Translations under genes and position numbers: made by a program
Shown here: positions 10,061 through 21,103 of the stretch, in pieces
Layout: every line of letters starts with the position of its first letter
How positions within the stretch are numbered: position 1 is the stretch's first letter
Assembly (NCBI GenBank): GCA_037443035.1
Contig: JBBIPC010000003.1
Location: 122,951-186,950 of the forward strand
Length of the DNA: 64,000 nucleotides
Direction of reading: 5' to 3'
Source: Chthonomonadales bacterium
GTDB taxonomy: Bacteria; Armatimonadota; Chthonomonadetes; Chthonomonadales; CAJBBX01
The notes under the pieces: model-generated
Told to the model about the DNA's origin: nothing
What the model saw: only the letters and a program-made list of their open reading frames with translations
The model's database searches: none

Positions 10061-11660
10061 AGCCGATTACATTCTCATGGCTGGCCGTGTCCTCACGATG
10101 GATACGGAGCGGCCAGTCGTCGAGGCTGTGGCGGTGTCCGGAGATCGTATCGCTGCGGTCGGTTCACGGGCGGGTCTCCTCGCACTGGCGAGCCCCTCTA
10201 CCCGATTGCTGAATCTGGGCTCCCTTACAGTCCTGCCCGGTTTCCACGACTGTCACATGCATATCATGGGCCTGGGGGTAACTCTTCTCGCGGCGGATGT
10301 GTCCCCATCGGCCGGCGCCACCAGTGTTCCCTCGCTGCTCGACACCCTCCGGAATTGGGCGAGAGCCAATCCTGGCGAGGGCTGGGTCCGCGGTTACGGA
10401 TACAACCAGAATGCCTTTCCTGGAGCCCGCCATGTCACCGCCGCCGACCTCGACTCGGCCTTTCCGGAGAGACCAGTGGTTCTCTTCCATGCGAGCGGTC
10501 ATGGGGCAGTCGCGAACTCCGCCGCACTTCGCGCGGCGGGGATCAGTTCTGCGACCGAGGACCCGGCCGGTGGTGTCATCGGCCGGACCGCCGACGGAAC
10601 CCTGACCGGCCTGCTCTTGGAAAGCGCCATCGGTCTCGTAACGCGTGCCATCCCGCCCATGACACGTGCCGAACGGAGCGATGCCATCCTCCGCGCGTCC
10701 GATGCACTTCTCTCCAAAGGGATAACCTCTGCTTCGGATATGGGTGTCGGTGGGGCTAGCCTCGAGGACGAGCTTGCTGCATATCGCGATGCTGCGGAAC
10801 GTGGAGCAGCGATCCGGATGACCATTTGCCCCGACGCGGCCGAGCTGTGGTCACCCGATACGGTCCCCAACCGAGCGGACCTGGAGCGGGGCTTGAACTT
10901 GCCGGATGGCCTCAGGCTCGGTGCGCTAAAGCTCTTTGCCGACGGCGCGCTGACCACGCGGACGGCAGCGTTGTCGGAACCATACGTAGACGGCTCCGGA
11001 AGCGGTTTGCTACTCCACGAGCCCGACGAACTAAGAAACTACATCCGTTCCGGTCATGCCAAGGGATGGCAGGTGGCCACTCATGCCATCGGGGACCGCG
11101 CTGTAGCGCTGGTGCTGGATGCCTACGAGGAGCCTGGCCCTAGGACGTCATCACCTGATCGGATCGAGCACGCCATGCTGCTCGACTCGGGTCTCATCGC
11201 CCGTATGGCGCGTGCAGGGGTCATCGCTGTACTGCAGCCGGAGTTCCTGGCGCGACTGGGGGACGCCTACGTGCTGGGGCTCGGGGAAGAGCGTGCCTCG
11301 CGCCTGAACCCTGTGACATCGCTCATGGCGGCCGGAGTAACAGTCGCGTTCAGTTCGGACTGTCCGGTGGTGCCCGGTTCCCCGCTGGACGGAGTTCGCG
11401 CAGCCATGCAGCGCATGGCACCGTCCGGCCGCGTCCTCGGTCGCGACGAGCGATGCGACCTAGCCACCGCCCTCCAGGCCTACACCGTCGCCGCAGCCTG
11501 CGCTGTTGGGGATGAGACTGAAGTCGGCCGACTGCGCCCCGGCATGAGGGCGGACCTCGTCATCTTGACATCGCTTCCAGGTGAGGATGCCGCTGATCCG
11601 GAAGTCGTCACCGTCATGTCCGGCGGCAAGTTCGTATACGGAGAGGGCCGCCTCCTTTGA
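10050..11660 (+). CDS. Amidohydrolase 3 (YtcJ-like)
   Basis: PGFHDCHMH, KLFADGALTTRTAAL, THAIGDRA, DRIEHA, FSSDCPV, GRLRPGMRADLVIL. Confidence 0.9.
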   Translation: MKTRADYILMAGRVLTMDTERPVVEAVAVSGDRIAAVGSRAGLLALASPSTRLLNLGSLTVLPGFHDCHMHIMGLGVTLLAADVSPSAGATSVPSLLDTLRNWARANPGEGWVRGYGYNQNAFPGARHVTAADLDSAFPERPVVLFHASGHGAVANSAALRAAGISSATEDPAGGVIGRTADGTLTGLLLESAIGLVTRAIPPMTRAERSDAILRASDALLSKGITSASDMGVGGASLEDELAAYRDAAERGAAIRMTICPDAAELWSPDTVPNRADLERGLNLPDGLRLGALKLFADGALTTRTAALSEPYVDGSGSGLLLHEPDELRNYIRSGHAKGWQVATHAIGDRAVALVLDAYEEPGPRTSSPDRIEHAMLLDSGLIARMARAGVIAVLQPEFLARLGDAYVLGLGEERASRLNPVTSLMAAGVTVAFSSDCPVVPGSPLDGVRAAMQRMAPSGRVLGRDERCDLATALQAYTVAAACAVGDETEVGRLRPGMRADLVILTSLPGEDAADPEVVTVMSGGKFVYGEGRLL

Positions 11661-11721
11661 GGCGAGGTACCGGCTCACGCATGAGCATTGCTCACCTGCC
11701 TAGGAGGACTCTGCGACGGCC

Positions 11722-12822
11722 ATGAGAAGCCTGCTGAGCAAACCTACGCGAGCGATACTCGTGCTCGAGGATGGTTCCGTCTTCGAGGGACAGTCGTTCG
11801 GAGCCCAGGGACGTGCCTACGGCGAGGTCGTGTTCAACACGGGCATGACGGGGTACCAGGAGATCCTCTCGGACCCATCCTATGCGGGCCAGATCGTGAC
11901 TCTTACCTACCCTCTCATCGGCAACTACGGCGCCAACAGTGACGACTTCGAATCCGGCCGGGTTCAGGTGGAAGGCTTCGTGGTCCGCGAGGCGTCAGAG
12001 GAGCCCAGCAACTGGCGTTCCAGAGGCACCATCCACGGCTTTCTCGAGCATCGTGGTATCGTCGGCATCCAGGGAATCGACACGCGTGCCCTCACGCGAC
12101 GACTCAGAGCGCAAGGCGTGATGATGGGCACGATTACGACCAATGAGACGCCTGCGGAAGCGCTGGACAGGGTGCGTCAGTCCCCCCGATACGCCTCCGT
12201 GGACTACGTCCGGCGGGTTTCCACGCGAGAACCCTACGAATGGCCTGCCGAAGGGGAGACCCGCTACCGCGTGGCACTCCTGGACTGCGGTGTCAAGTTC
12301 AACATCATGCGTCATCTGGCGAAGCGGGGATGCCATGTCACCGTCTGGCCTTGCACCGCCACGGCCGAGGAGATTCTGGAGCGTCAACCCGATGGCGTCA
12401 TGCTCTCTCCGGGTCCCGGCGACCCTGCCAACCTCGGCTACCTCATCGCCACGGTACGCACCTTAGCCTATCGCATGCCCATGATGGGCGTCTGTCTTGG
12501 AAATCAGCTCGTGGGGTATGCATTTGGCAGTCGCACGTTCAAACTAAGGTTCGGACACCGTGGCAGCAACCACCCGGTGCGCGATCTCAACACTGGCCGT
12601 GTCTACATCACTTCCCAGAACCACGGCTACGCCCTGGACCCCAACGAGCTACGCGACGGCATGGAGGTGGCGCATATCAACCTCAACGACGGTACGGTGG
12701 AAGGACTGCGCCATCGCGAGCTTCCCGTCTTCACCATCCAGTACCACCCGGAGGCGTCGCCCGGCCCCCACGACAGCGCCTACTTCTTCGATCAGTTCGT
12801 CGAGCTCATGGCGAAGCGATGA
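11722..12822 (+). CDS. carA: Carbamoyl-phosphate synthase small subunit
   Basis: GEVVFNTGMTGYQE, SPGPGDP, GVCLGNQ, GHRGSNHPV, QYHPEASPGP. Confidence 0.97.
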   Translation: MRSLLSKPTRAILVLEDGSVFEGQSFGAQGRAYGEVVFNTGMTGYQEILSDPSYAGQIVTLTYPLIGNYGANSDDFESGRVQVEGFVVREASEEPSNWRSRGTIHGFLEHRGIVGIQGIDTRALTRRLRAQGVMMGTITTNETPAEALDRVRQSPRYASVDYVRRVSTREPYEWPAEGETRYRVALLDCGVKFNIMRHLAKRGCHVTVWPCTATAEEILERQPDGVMLSPGPGDPANLGYLIATVRTLAYRMPMMGVCLGNQLVGYAFGSRTFKLRFGHRGSNHPVRDLNTGRVYITSQNHGYALDPNELRDGMEVAHINLNDGTVEGLRHRELPVFTIQYHPEASPGPHDSAYFFDQFVELMAKR

Positions 12823-13499
12823 CACCGACCGTCGTCCGCCTATCGGAGCCAGAGCCGCCTGAGAAGCCCGCTGCCGAAGGACCGGTGTCGCAGCCGGAGC
12901 AGCGCCGTCTCCTTCGACTGCGCATCCTTCTGCCGTTTCTGTTTCTCCTCGCCTTTCTCGCCTGGGGCTTCACGACGAACTACATTCCGTCCCACTCCAT
13001 GGAGCCGACGCTCCGCCCTGGAGATCACATCCTCGTCATGCGAGAATGGCTGGCCTATCCTCGTGGGCGCATACCTGCACGCGGCGATATCGTGACGTTT
13101 CTACCGCCCGACGAGGCACTCGCTCAGGAAGGTCCATCACAAGAGCCGCAGTCGCTCCGTCCGGAGGTGTGGATCAAACGTGTCATAGGTCTTCCAGGCG
13201 AGGTGATTTGGATCGTCGGTGGAAGGGTATTCATCAATGGTTCGCCAGTCCCGAAATCCTTCTACCAGGGGAGGCCCAACCTCTATCAAGAGCGCTACCC
13301 CTACGCCTCCGACATGCCACTTACCCTAGGCAATGACGAGCTGTTCGTCATCGGAGACAATCCAGAGGACAGCGACGACAGTCGGACCTGGGGACCACTC
13401 AAGCGAGACCGCATTGTCGGGAAGTTCGTGGCTGTTCTCTTCAACGAGAGTAGGTTTGGGCTCAACAGCCGCCGCGAGCAGCGCGCAGGAGGGACTTGA
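12819..13499 (+). CDS. lepB: Signal peptidase I
   Basis: TM segment, IPSHSMEPTL (catalytic Ser), WIKRVIGLPG (catalytic Lys), GDNPEDSDDSRTWG. Confidence 0.92.
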   Translation: MTPTVVRLSEPEPPEKPAAEGPVSQPEQRRLLRLRILLPFLFLLAFLAWGFTTNYIPSHSMEPTLRPGDHILVMREWLAYPRGRIPARGDIVTFLPPDEALAQEGPSQEPQSLRPEVWIKRVIGLPGEVIWIVGGRVFINGSPVPKSFYQGRPNLYQERYPYASDMPLTLGNDELFVIGDNPEDSDDSRTWGPLKRDRIVGKFVAVLFNESRFGLNSRREQRAGGT

Positions 13500-15295
13500 T
13501 GGCGAGGCGCTATTGCGATCGCAGGACGTTGGCCATCCTGGCTTGCGCAGCGGTAGTTATCGCCTCTGTGGCTCTCCGTTGTTACGCGCTCCGATCCGAC
13601 CCGTACCCGCGACTGGACTGGAGCGCGGGACTGCTCACAGACGAGGGGTTCTACGTCCACAACGCGCGCAATCGAGTCCTGTTTGGGCGCGAACGAACGG
13701 ATGAGTTCAACAATATGCTCCTCTCGCCCTTGCTGCACCATGCACAGGTAGCCGTCTTCCGCCTGGCAGGTGTCGGTTCCGTGCAAGCACGTAGTATCAG
13801 TGTCGTCTGTAGCCTGGCCAGCATGGTTCTACTGTGGCTCGTGTTGAAGCCTCTCTTCGGCGTATACGTGGCATGGATCGCCGTGACACTGCTGGGTCTG
13901 GACCATGTGCACCTGCTCTACAGCCGTATGGCTCTCATGGACCCCTTCGCGGCGTTCCTGGCAGTCATGGCATTCGCGTCCTTCGCACGAGCGACGCGAC
14001 TTCAGGGAAGCTTGGCGACTTCGCTCCTATGGTACGGCTTTGGCGGCGCAGTCTTGGCCTTGGCCGTGCTGAACCGGTCGCTATGCATCTATCTCGTGCC
14101 TGCGCCCTTCATTGCCCTGGCAGCCATCCACGAGCGGCCACGGAGCTATGGAGCAGTCGTCTCGGGTATGGCGGTTGTCGTGGTCTTGTGGGCGGTCCTC
14201 TGGTGGGCTCCGCATCGGGCAGAGATCGCGCACATGAACCGCTACTATCGGCTGCATCAGGTACAGCCCGCCTCGCTGGCCAAGCTCTGGGACAACCTGC
14301 GTACAGGCGCGTTCGGCGATCACCGCGGGATCGGCCCCTATCTCTTCCGTCACACCCCCGTGCCGTTCGCGCTTTGCCTCCTGTACTTGGCCGCCCTGCC
14401 GCTCGGCATGCATCCGCAGTCCGAGAAGATGCACCCTTCGGCAACGCGGACTGACCGTTCTGCGCTATTCGCCAGGGCGTATCTGGTCACGTGGCTCCTG
14501 GGGGGATGGCTCGCCTTGTCGGCCTCGAACTACTCTCCGAGCCGGTATTACGTCACTACGTACCCTGCCATGATGGCGCTGGCAGCGCTCTGCGTAGGCG
14601 AGCTGGCAGAGAGAGTGCGTCACCTGAGCGGAGCGCACGTCATGGCCCGGTTGACGCGGTCCGCCCTCGGAGGCTTCCTCCTGTTCCACACCGTCCAGAC
14701 CGTCGTGCACCGAGGTGGCGTGATCGCTCCTCTGGCGACGTGGCTCGTCCTCGTATCGATTCCCATTCTGGGCGCAGTCCTTCTCTGGAGGTGGCAGGGA
14801 CGCCCGGAACCGCTCGTCAGGGCTCCGGCCGCCGCACTACTATTGGGGCTCTGGCTCCTATCTAATGGCTACTGGTTGGGGGACTGGTCGAGAGGGATCG
14901 GCTACACGCAGTTCGCCATATCGCGAGAACTCCAGCAGATGCTTCCAAAGGGCTCCGTCCTTATCGGTGATGTGGCGCCGGGGCTATGCCTGGATAACCG
15001 TCACATGGTGGTGAACGTCATACCGGGCCTGTGCAACGGAGAACGTCCTGTGGAAACGTTCCGCGGGCGTCCCAGGTTCGTAGCCATTCTCGATGGTCGC
15101 TGGAAAGAGCGGTATTGGCTCCAGCGGTACCCAGCGCTCGTGCACCCGGCGCGCAGGCTGCTCTTACGGCGGGTCCTACGGTGGGACATTGGGGTGTATC
15201 AGGTCCAGGATGCGGCTGCGACCATGGAAAACCGGCGGTGCGCAGTCCGTAACGCGTATGCGCCAAGTAGCGGAGCAGGGAGTGTGTATGCCTAG
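13499..15295 (+). CDS. Polytopic GT-C glycosyltransferase (ArnT/PMT-like, family 39/83)
   Basis: First-loop DE motif (LTDEGFY), [24 protein letters not shown]; many TM segments. Confidence 0.75.
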   Translation: MARRYCDRRTLAILACAAVVIASVALRCYALRSDPYPRLDWSAGLLTDEGFYVHNARNRVLFGRERTDEFNNMLLSPLLHHAQVAVFRLAGVGSVQARSISVVCSLASMVLLWLVLKPLFGVYVAWIAVTLLGLDHVHLLYSRMALMDPFAAFLAVMAFASFARATRLQGSLATSLLWYGFGGAVLALAVLNRSLCIYLVPAPFIALAAIHERPRSYGAVVSGMAVVVVLWAVLWWAPHRAEIAHMNRYYRLHQVQPASLAKLWDNLRTGAFGDHRGIGPYLFRHTPVPFALCLLYLAALPLGMHPQSEKMHPSATRTDRSALFARAYLVTWLLGGWLALSASNYSPSRYYVTTYPAMMALAALCVGELAERVRHLSGAHVMARLTRSALGGFLLFHTVQTVVHRGGVIAPLATWLVLVSIPILGAVLLWRWQGRPEPLVRAPAAALLLGLWLLSNGYWLGDWSRGIGYTQFAISRELQQMLPKGSVLIGDVAPGLCLDNRHMVVNVIPGLCNGERPVETFRGRPRFVAILDGRWKERYWLQRYPALVHPARRLLLRRVLRWDIGVYQVQDAAATMENRRCAVRNAYAPSSGAGSVYA

Positions 15296-17009
15296 AGATC
15301 CGTCTATCAAGAAGGTGATGGTCATCGGTTCGGGCCCCATCGTCATCGGGCAGGCAGCCGAGTTCGATTATGCAGGTACCCAGGCATGCCGCTCGCTTCG
15401 GGAAGAAGGGGTATCCGTTGTCCTTATCAACTCCAACCCCGCGACGATCATGACCGATCTCGAGATGGCGGATCGAGTTTATATCGAGCCTCTCGCAGTG
15501 GAGTTCGCCGAACGCGTTATCGCCCAGGAACGCCCGGACGGGCTTCTCCCGACTCTGGGAGGACAGACGGGGCTGAACCTCGCGACCCAACTCGCTGAGG
15601 CTGGCGTGCTGGATCGCTACGGCGTGCGCCTCCTCGGCACCCCTCTCGACTCCATCCGTATGGCAGAGGACCGGAACGAGTTCCGAGAACTGATGCGCCG
15701 TATCGGCGAGCCCGTACCGGAGAGCTGGATCATCGAAGACGAGGCCATGCTCCCAGACATCGCTCAGAAGGGCATCTGGCCGCTCATCATTCGTCCGGCC
15801 TATACTTTGGGCGGCACGGGAGGCGGTATCGCTCACAATGCCGACGAGTTGTTGGAAATCGGCAAGCACGGACTTTCGGTCTCCATGCGGCATCAGATCA
15901 TGGTGGAGCGTTGCCTACTCGGCTGGAAGGAGATCGAATATGAAGTCATGCGCGACGCCAACAATACTTGCATCACCGTGTGCAACATGGAGAACTTCGA
16001 CCCCATGGGCGTGCATACGGGAGACTCCATCGTGGTGGCTCCGTCCCAGACGCTGTCGGACAAGGAATATCAGCTGCTGCGCACGGCCTCGCTGAATATC
16101 ATCCGGAGTCTGGGCATCGAAGGCGGATGCAACGTGCAGCTCGCGCTGGATCCCGACAGCTTCCAGTACTACGTGATCGAAGTGAACCCGCGCGTGTCCC
16201 GTTCTTCGGCGCTAGCTTCCAAAGCCACGGGTTATCCGATCGCACGCGTGGCCGCCAAGATCGCCATCGGGTTGCACCTCGATGAAATCCAGAACGCCGT
16301 GACGAAGAAGACGCTCGCATGTTTCGAACCAGCGTTGGATTACTGCGTGGTCAAGATCCCCCGCTGGCCGTTCGACAAGTTCCGCCAGGCTGACCGGCGC
16401 ATCACCACACAGATGAAGGCGACGGGCGAGGTCATGGCCATCGACAGAACGTTCGAGGCCGCATTGATGAAGGCCATTCGGAGCCTGGAAATCGGAGCCT
16501 ATGGGCTTACACGCAAGCGCATGAACGAGTTGTCCGATGTCCAGCTCGAAGAGGGGCTGGCCGTCCCCACGGACGAAAGGCTGTTCATCATCGCCGAGGC
16601 CCTGCGACGCGGCATGATGGTAGAGGAAATCCAGGCCTTGTCCCGCGTGGATTCGTGGTTCCTGAGGAAGATCGAGAGACTTGTCACTATGGAAACCCGC
16701 CTCAGGCTCGATGGCCGGAAGATCGCGGCGCTTGCTGAGACGCTCGATTCCGATGACCCAGCAGCCGACCTTCTGCGCGAGGCGAAGCGCTTGGGATTCT
16801 CGGACCGACAGATTGCCGAGTGCTCAGGCTTGAGCGAACGTCATGTACGGGATGTCAGGCGGGCGTTCGGCATCCGCCCTGTCTACAAGATGGTAGATAC
16901 ATGCGCTGCCGAGTTCGAAGCCGAGACGCCCTACTTCTACTCGTGCTATGAACAAGAGGACGAGTACTTGGGCAGCCTAGGGGCCGTTCAGGAAGGAGCA
17001 AGGTCATGA
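15288..17009 (+). CDS. carB: Carbamoyl-phosphate synthase large subunit, N-terminal half (carboxyphosphate + oligomerisation domains)
   Basis: [30 protein letters not shown] ... [23 protein letters not shown], then a stop codon. Confidence 0.95.
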   Translation: MPRDPSIKKVMVIGSGPIVIGQAAEFDYAGTQACRSLREEGVSVVLINSNPATIMTDLEMADRVYIEPLAVEFAERVIAQERPDGLLPTLGGQTGLNLATQLAEAGVLDRYGVRLLGTPLDSIRMAEDRNEFRELMRRIGEPVPESWIIEDEAMLPDIAQKGIWPLIIRPAYTLGGTGGGIAHNADELLEIGKHGLSVSMRHQIMVERCLLGWKEIEYEVMRDANNTCITVCNMENFDPMGVHTGDSIVVAPSQTLSDKEYQLLRTASLNIIRSLGIEGGCNVQLALDPDSFQYYVIEVNPRVSRSSALASKATGYPIARVAAKIAIGLHLDEIQNAVTKKTLACFEPALDYCVVKIPRWPFDKFRQADRRITTQMKATGEVMAIDRTFEAALMKAIRSLEIGAYGLTRKRMNELSDVQLEEGLAVPTDERLFIIAEALRRGMMVEEIQALSRVDSWFLRKIERLVTMETRLRLDGRKIAALAETLDSDDPAADLLREAKRLGFSDRQIAECSGLSERHVRDVRRAFGIRPVYKMVDTCAAEFEAETPYFYSCYEQEDEYLGSLGAVQEGARS

Positions 17010-17824
17010 GCGACACAAGCCAGGCGCAGGGCTACGTCCTGGCAACGGGCGACGAAGGGAAGGACCGTCTTGGACTTGTCGATGAAGTCCACGGCGCAGA
17101 CACACGAGCGCTCCTGAAAAAGGCCGGCATTGCTCGCGGCATGCGCGTAGCCGACATCGGCTGCGGCGTTGGACTTGTGACCTGTACTCTGGCGCAGATG
17201 GTGGCGCCTGACGGTGAGGTCGTGGGCGTGGACATCAGCCCAGAACAGATCCAAGTCGCCCAGGGATTGGCTGAGCAGAAGGGGCTCAGCAACGTGCGCT
17301 TCGTCGTGGCCAGCGCCTACGACACCGGGCTGGAGGCAGGAAGCTTCGATGCCACGTACGCACGGTTCGTCTTGATGCACCTGGCGCGACCGGCAGACGC
17401 TCTGGCCGAGATGGCGCGTCTCCTCCGACCGAGTGGCACTCTCATCGTGGAGGATGGCGACTTCACATCGCCCTATTGCGTTCCCGCGTCGCCGGCGTAT
17501 CTGAGGGCATTCGAGCTGTATCGGGAGGCCGTGCGACGCCAGGGGGCTGATCCGGAGATCGGTCCCTCGCTCATCGGCATGGTGATGAAGGCCGGCTTTC
17601 CGCGACTTGGGGTAGCGGTGGTCCAGCCGATACTCAAGGAGGGTGCCGCGAAACGTCTGCCAGAGTTGACATTGCTGGAAGCGGCACCGGAGATACTGGC
17701 GGCAGGCGCTGCAACCGAAGCGGAGATTCAGGCGATCGCCGCGGAAGTCCGCCGCCTTGCCGATGACGTCACCACGGAGTTCGGCATGGCGCAGATGACT
17801 CAAGTCTGGGCGACGAAACCATGA
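17006..17824 (+). CDS. Class I SAM-dependent methyltransferase
   Basis: [45 protein letters not shown] and ATGA overlap with the carB N-half. Confidence 0.92.
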   Translation: MSDTSQAQGYVLATGDEGKDRLGLVDEVHGADTRALLKKAGIARGMRVADIGCGVGLVTCTLAQMVAPDGEVVGVDISPEQIQVAQGLAEQKGLSNVRFVVASAYDTGLEAGSFDATYARFVLMHLARPADALAEMARLLRPSGTLIVEDGDFTSPYCVPASPAYLRAFELYREAVRRQGADPEIGPSLIGMVMKAGFPRLGVAVVQPILKEGAAKRLPELTLLEAAPEILAAGAATEAEIQAIAAEVRRLADDVTTEFGMAQMTQVWATKP

Positions 17825-17867
17825 GGCGCGGTACAGCAGAATCTAGGTAAGGGGAGAAAGCAAACCC

Positions 17868-19469
17868 GTGAAACCGAAGGTCATCGTCATCGGGTCGGGT
17901 CCCATACGCATCGGACAAGGGATCGAGTTCGACTATTGCTCTGTTCACTGCGTATGGGCGCTCCAGGCGGCAGGGTACCAGGCGATCATCATCAACAACA
18001 ACCCGGAGACGGTGAGCACAGACTTCGACACTTCGGACTGCCTCTACTTCGAGCCGCTTACCGTCGAGGATGTGCTGAACATCATCGAACGGGAACAGCC
18101 CGAAGGCGTCGTCGTCCAGTTCGGTGGACAGACAGCCATCAACCTCGCCGGACCCCTGAGCGAAGCGGGCGTGCGGATCCTGGGTTCGTCGCCCGATTCC
18201 ATCAGCTTGGCCGAGGATCGGAAGCGCTTCGAGAAGGTCCTCCGGGAGCTGGGCATTCCCAAGCCGGCTGGTCGGACGGTGGAGAGCCAGGCCGAAGCCG
18301 AGGAGGTGGCCGCGGAGATCGGCTATCCCGTCCTCGTTCGGCCCTCGTGGGTGCTCGGTGGTCGGGCCATGGAGATCGTCTACAGCCGTGACGAGCTCCG
18401 ATCCTACATGACATATGTCGTGGACGTATCACCGACGGCGCCAATCCTGATAGACAAGTACGTGCTCGGACGCGAGGTGGAAGTGGATGTGATCTCGGAC
18501 GGTGTGGATTGCGTCCTTCCGGGGATCATGGAGCACATCGAGCGAGCCGGCGTTCATTCCGGCGACTCCATGGCGGTCTACCCGCCGCAGAACCTGAGCC
18601 AGAATGTCATCGAGCAGATCGTAGATACCGCTACCCGTCTCTCGCGGCGCCTGGAAGTGTGCGGGCTGATGAATATCCAGTACGTTGTCAGCGATGAGAC
18701 TGCTCAGGTCCTAGAGGTCAATCCCAGAGCTAGCCGCACCGTGCCGTATCTTTCGAAGATCACCGGCATCCCCATGGTTCAGGTAGCGACCTTCGCCATG
18801 CTTGGCCGCAGCCTTCGGGATCAGGGCTACAGCCCGGGTCTCCAACCTGTTCCTCCGCTCATTGCGGTGAAGGCTCCAGTCTTCAGCTTCCCTAAACTCA
18901 AAGGCGTGGACATTGGGCTAGGTCCAGAGATGAAGAGCACCGGCGAGATCATGGGCATCGAGCAGGACTACAGCAGGGCGCTCTACAAAGCCATGGTGGC
19001 TAGCGGCCTGGAGGTGCAGACGGGAGGCGCCCTACTGGCCACGATTGCCGATCACGACAAGTCGGAGTCCGCCGCCATCATCCGGGATTTCGCCGAGCTT
19101 GGCTTCCGCATTTTCGCTACGGAAGGCACAGCGCGCTTCCTCAATCAGCGAGGCATCCCGGCGACACCTGTTAGCAAGATACGCGAGAGCTCCTACAACG
19201 GTGGTCCCGCGCGTCCGGACCTGCTGGATCTAATTCGAAGCGGCCGGGTGGACCTGCTGATCAACACGCTTTCCACCGACAAGAGGACCGAACAGGAAGC
19301 GGTCCAGATACGCCGCGCGAGTGTGGAGATGGGGATTCCCTGCCTAACTTCTCTTGACACAGCACGCGCCCTTTGGATGGCACTGAAGAGCCGCGCATCT
19401 GGTAGCGCTTTCGTCTGCCTGCCTGTGGATGGTTACCTCAAGGGCATTGACATCGCTTCCAACATGTGA
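17868..19469 (+). CDS. carB: Carbamoyl-phosphate synthase large subunit, C-terminal half (carbamoyl-phosphate + MGS-like allosteric domains)
   Basis: [67 protein letters not shown]; own purine-rich SD. Confidence 0.95.
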   Translation: MKPKVIVIGSGPIRIGQGIEFDYCSVHCVWALQAAGYQAIIINNNPETVSTDFDTSDCLYFEPLTVEDVLNIIEREQPEGVVVQFGGQTAINLAGPLSEAGVRILGSSPDSISLAEDRKRFEKVLRELGIPKPAGRTVESQAEAEEVAAEIGYPVLVRPSWVLGGRAMEIVYSRDELRSYMTYVVDVSPTAPILIDKYVLGREVEVDVISDGVDCVLPGIMEHIERAGVHSGDSMAVYPPQNLSQNVIEQIVDTATRLSRRLEVCGLMNIQYVVSDETAQVLEVNPRASRTVPYLSKITGIPMVQVATFAMLGRSLRDQGYSPGLQPVPPLIAVKAPVFSFPKLKGVDIGLGPEMKSTGEIMGIEQDYSRALYKAMVASGLEVQTGGALLATIADHDKSESAAIIRDFAELGFRIFATEGTARFLNQRGIPATPVSKIRESSYNGGPARPDLLDLIRSGRVDLLINTLSTDKRTEQEAVQIRRASVEMGIPCLTSLDTARALWMALKSRASGSAFVCLPVDGYLKGIDIASNM

Positions 19470-19475
19470 TAGCAT
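19447..19475 (+). promoter_or_regulatory. Sigma70 promoter of the second prepilin module
   Basis: TTGACA-N17-TAGCAT with extended -10 TG, overlapping the end of the carB C-half. Confidence 0.7.
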
Positions 19476-19586
19476 AGCTATGCGCCATGGCAGCAGCCCA
19501 AGAGGTGGAGGGGCAATTCTGTTTGCCATTCTCTGTTCGGGTGGTCGCCGTGGCAGACTCCCAACCCCCCAAGGAGGGAAGCTCGA

Positions 19587-20372
19587 GTGAGAGCAAAGCA
19601 AGGATTCACCCTCATTGAGCTGCTGGTGGTCATCGCGATCATCGCGATTCTGGCAGCCATCCTGTTCCCTGTCTTCGCCCAGGCGAGAGAGAAGGCAAGG
19701 GCGATCGCGTGCCTCTCCAACACCAAGCAGATCGGCACCGCGGTGATGATGTATGCCCAGGACTGGGAAGAGGCCATCGCTCCGTGGATTAGCTGCGGCG
19801 CCGGCCAGGGCTGCGGCAACCCCACCCGCGCCGAGCGCTTGTGGACCGGCAAGCTCCAGCCGTATATCAAGAACGGCGGGCAGATCGGCCCCACCGGTCT
19901 CTTCGTGTGCCCTGGCTTCGCAGATGCCAAGTTCCTCGAGGCCGCCAACGCCGTGGACTGCGACGGCCCTGGATCGCTGGATCCCTACTACCCGCCTCTG
20001 GAGCGCTATGCGCACTACGGCTATGCCTGGCATCAGGCGAGCATGGTGGGCTCCGGCACGCAGGTGGATCCCTATTGGCAGTTCCCGGGCTCGTTCGCCT
20101 ATCCGCCCGACTATGGCCCCGTGACGCGCACTCTGGCCGAGATCAAGCGGCCCGCTGAGACTGCCATCGTGACGGATGGTCAGACCTGGGTCGGTGGCGG
20201 CTACTTCGTGATCACCTTCGGCTGCGAGGCGGCTGCCATGCACAACGGTGGTGGCAACCACACCATGCTCGATGGTCACTCCAAGTGGCTGGCCCGCAAC
20301 TCCGAGCGGTATCTTGCCCAGACGTCCTCAGGCGCCTGGTACAAGCGGTACTTCTGCTTCCCGCTTGAATAG
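19587..20372 (+). CDS. Prepilin-type N-terminal cleavage/methylation protein (DUF1559, H-X9-DG)
   Basis: [65 protein letters not shown]. Confidence 0.94.
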   Translation: MRAKQGFTLIELLVVIAIIAILAAILFPVFAQAREKARAIACLSNTKQIGTAVMMYAQDWEEAIAPWISCGAGQGCGNPTRAERLWTGKLQPYIKNGGQIGPTGLFVCPGFADAKFLEAANAVDCDGPGSLDPYYPPLERYAHYGYAWHQASMVGSGTQVDPYWQFPGSFAYPPDYGPVTRTLAEIKRPAETAIVTDGQTWVGGGYFVITFGCEAAAMHNGGGNHTMLDGHSKWLARNSERYLAQTSSGAWYKRYFCFPLE

Positions 20373-20382
20373 GCGGAGAAGC

Positions 20383-20607
20383 ATGGACTGCATCCGCCCG
20401 GTGGTCGCAAGAGTCGGTGCGCTGGCCCTGACGGCGAGCATAGCTCTCGGCATGCTCGCTCTGCCCGGGTGCAAGAAATCGGAACCCGAGCCGAGTGCGC
20501 CGGGATACTACACCGGCCCCATCAAGCCCAAGGGAGAGGTAGCTCCGGGACCCGGTGCTGGCGCCAAGCCCGGTTCCAAGCCAAGCGCAGCGACCGGCGA
20601 CCTGTAA
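20383..20607 (+). CDS. Small lipoprotein (74 aa) with a PGYYTGP motif
   Basis: SD GGAGA; hydrophobic stretch and LPG|C lipobox; KKSEPEPSAPGYYTGPIK. Confidence 0.72.
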   Translation: MDCIRPVVARVGALALTASIALGMLALPGCKKSEPEPSAPGYYTGPIKPKGEVAPGPGAGAKPGSKPSAATGDL

Positions 20608-20679
20608 GGGTACCGGTGAGGCCCGGACACAAGGAGGTGAACGGGCCTCGAAGCAAGAGTGCTAGTGAGGTAACGTGAG

Positions 20680-20949
20680 GTGGAGGACAAACAGAAGAAA
20701 CTCCTCCTAGTGGGTCTGTTGATTGTTCTCGCCGCGGTCCTGGCCTTTACCCTCCGCGGGGGCAAGAAGGAAAAACCGCCGCCGACTGTACCGGGCTACT
20801 ATTCCGGACCAATGCGGAACAAGAGCGATCCGACCAAGTACACTACGGAGGATAACCGAATAGCACCGACGCCACCTGGCGCATCCAACTCCGCATCATG
20901 GACGCCCGTCCAGGTGGACAAGACCGGTCGCATCAAGGAGACCGAGTAG
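20680..20949 (+). CDS. Small single-TM protein (89 aa) with a PGYYSGP motif
   Basis: SD GAGG; N-terminal TM; KKEKPPPTVPGYYSGPMR. Confidence 0.75.
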   Translation: MEDKQKKLLLVGLLIVLAAVLAFTLRGGKKEKPPPTVPGYYSGPMRNKSDPTKYTTEDNRIAPTPPGASNSASWTPVQVDKTGRIKETE

Positions 20950-21004
20950 GGTCGTCTTCGACAGTAACTGCGTCTGACCGTCCTCCTGCTTCCGTGCGGA
21001 TTGC

Positions 21005-21040
21005 GCCGTCGCTTGCTTCGGCAGCGGCGGCGTTTGTCTT
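21005..21040 (+). terminator. Intrinsic terminator
   Basis: GCCGTCGCTTGC-TTCG-GCAGCGGCGGC hairpin followed by GTTTGTCTT. Confidence 0.7.
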
Positions 21041-21066
21041 CTAATCGGGTCCTGTGGTTGGGATGC

Positions 21067-21096
21067 TTGACGCACCCGCGCGCGTAGACGTAGAAT
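21067..21096 (+). promoter_or_regulatory. Sigma70 promoter, probably giving a leaderless lptF/G mRNA
   Basis: TTGACG-N18-TAGAAT, 7 nt before ATG 21104, no SD. Confidence 0.65.
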
Positions 21097-21103
21097 GCCC
21101 GCC

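Noticed and set aside
17006..17867. Mobile element, intron or intein interrupting carB
   Set aside because: No transposase, RT or endonuclease motifs, terminal repeats or target duplication seen; the insert is a plain methyltransferase gene
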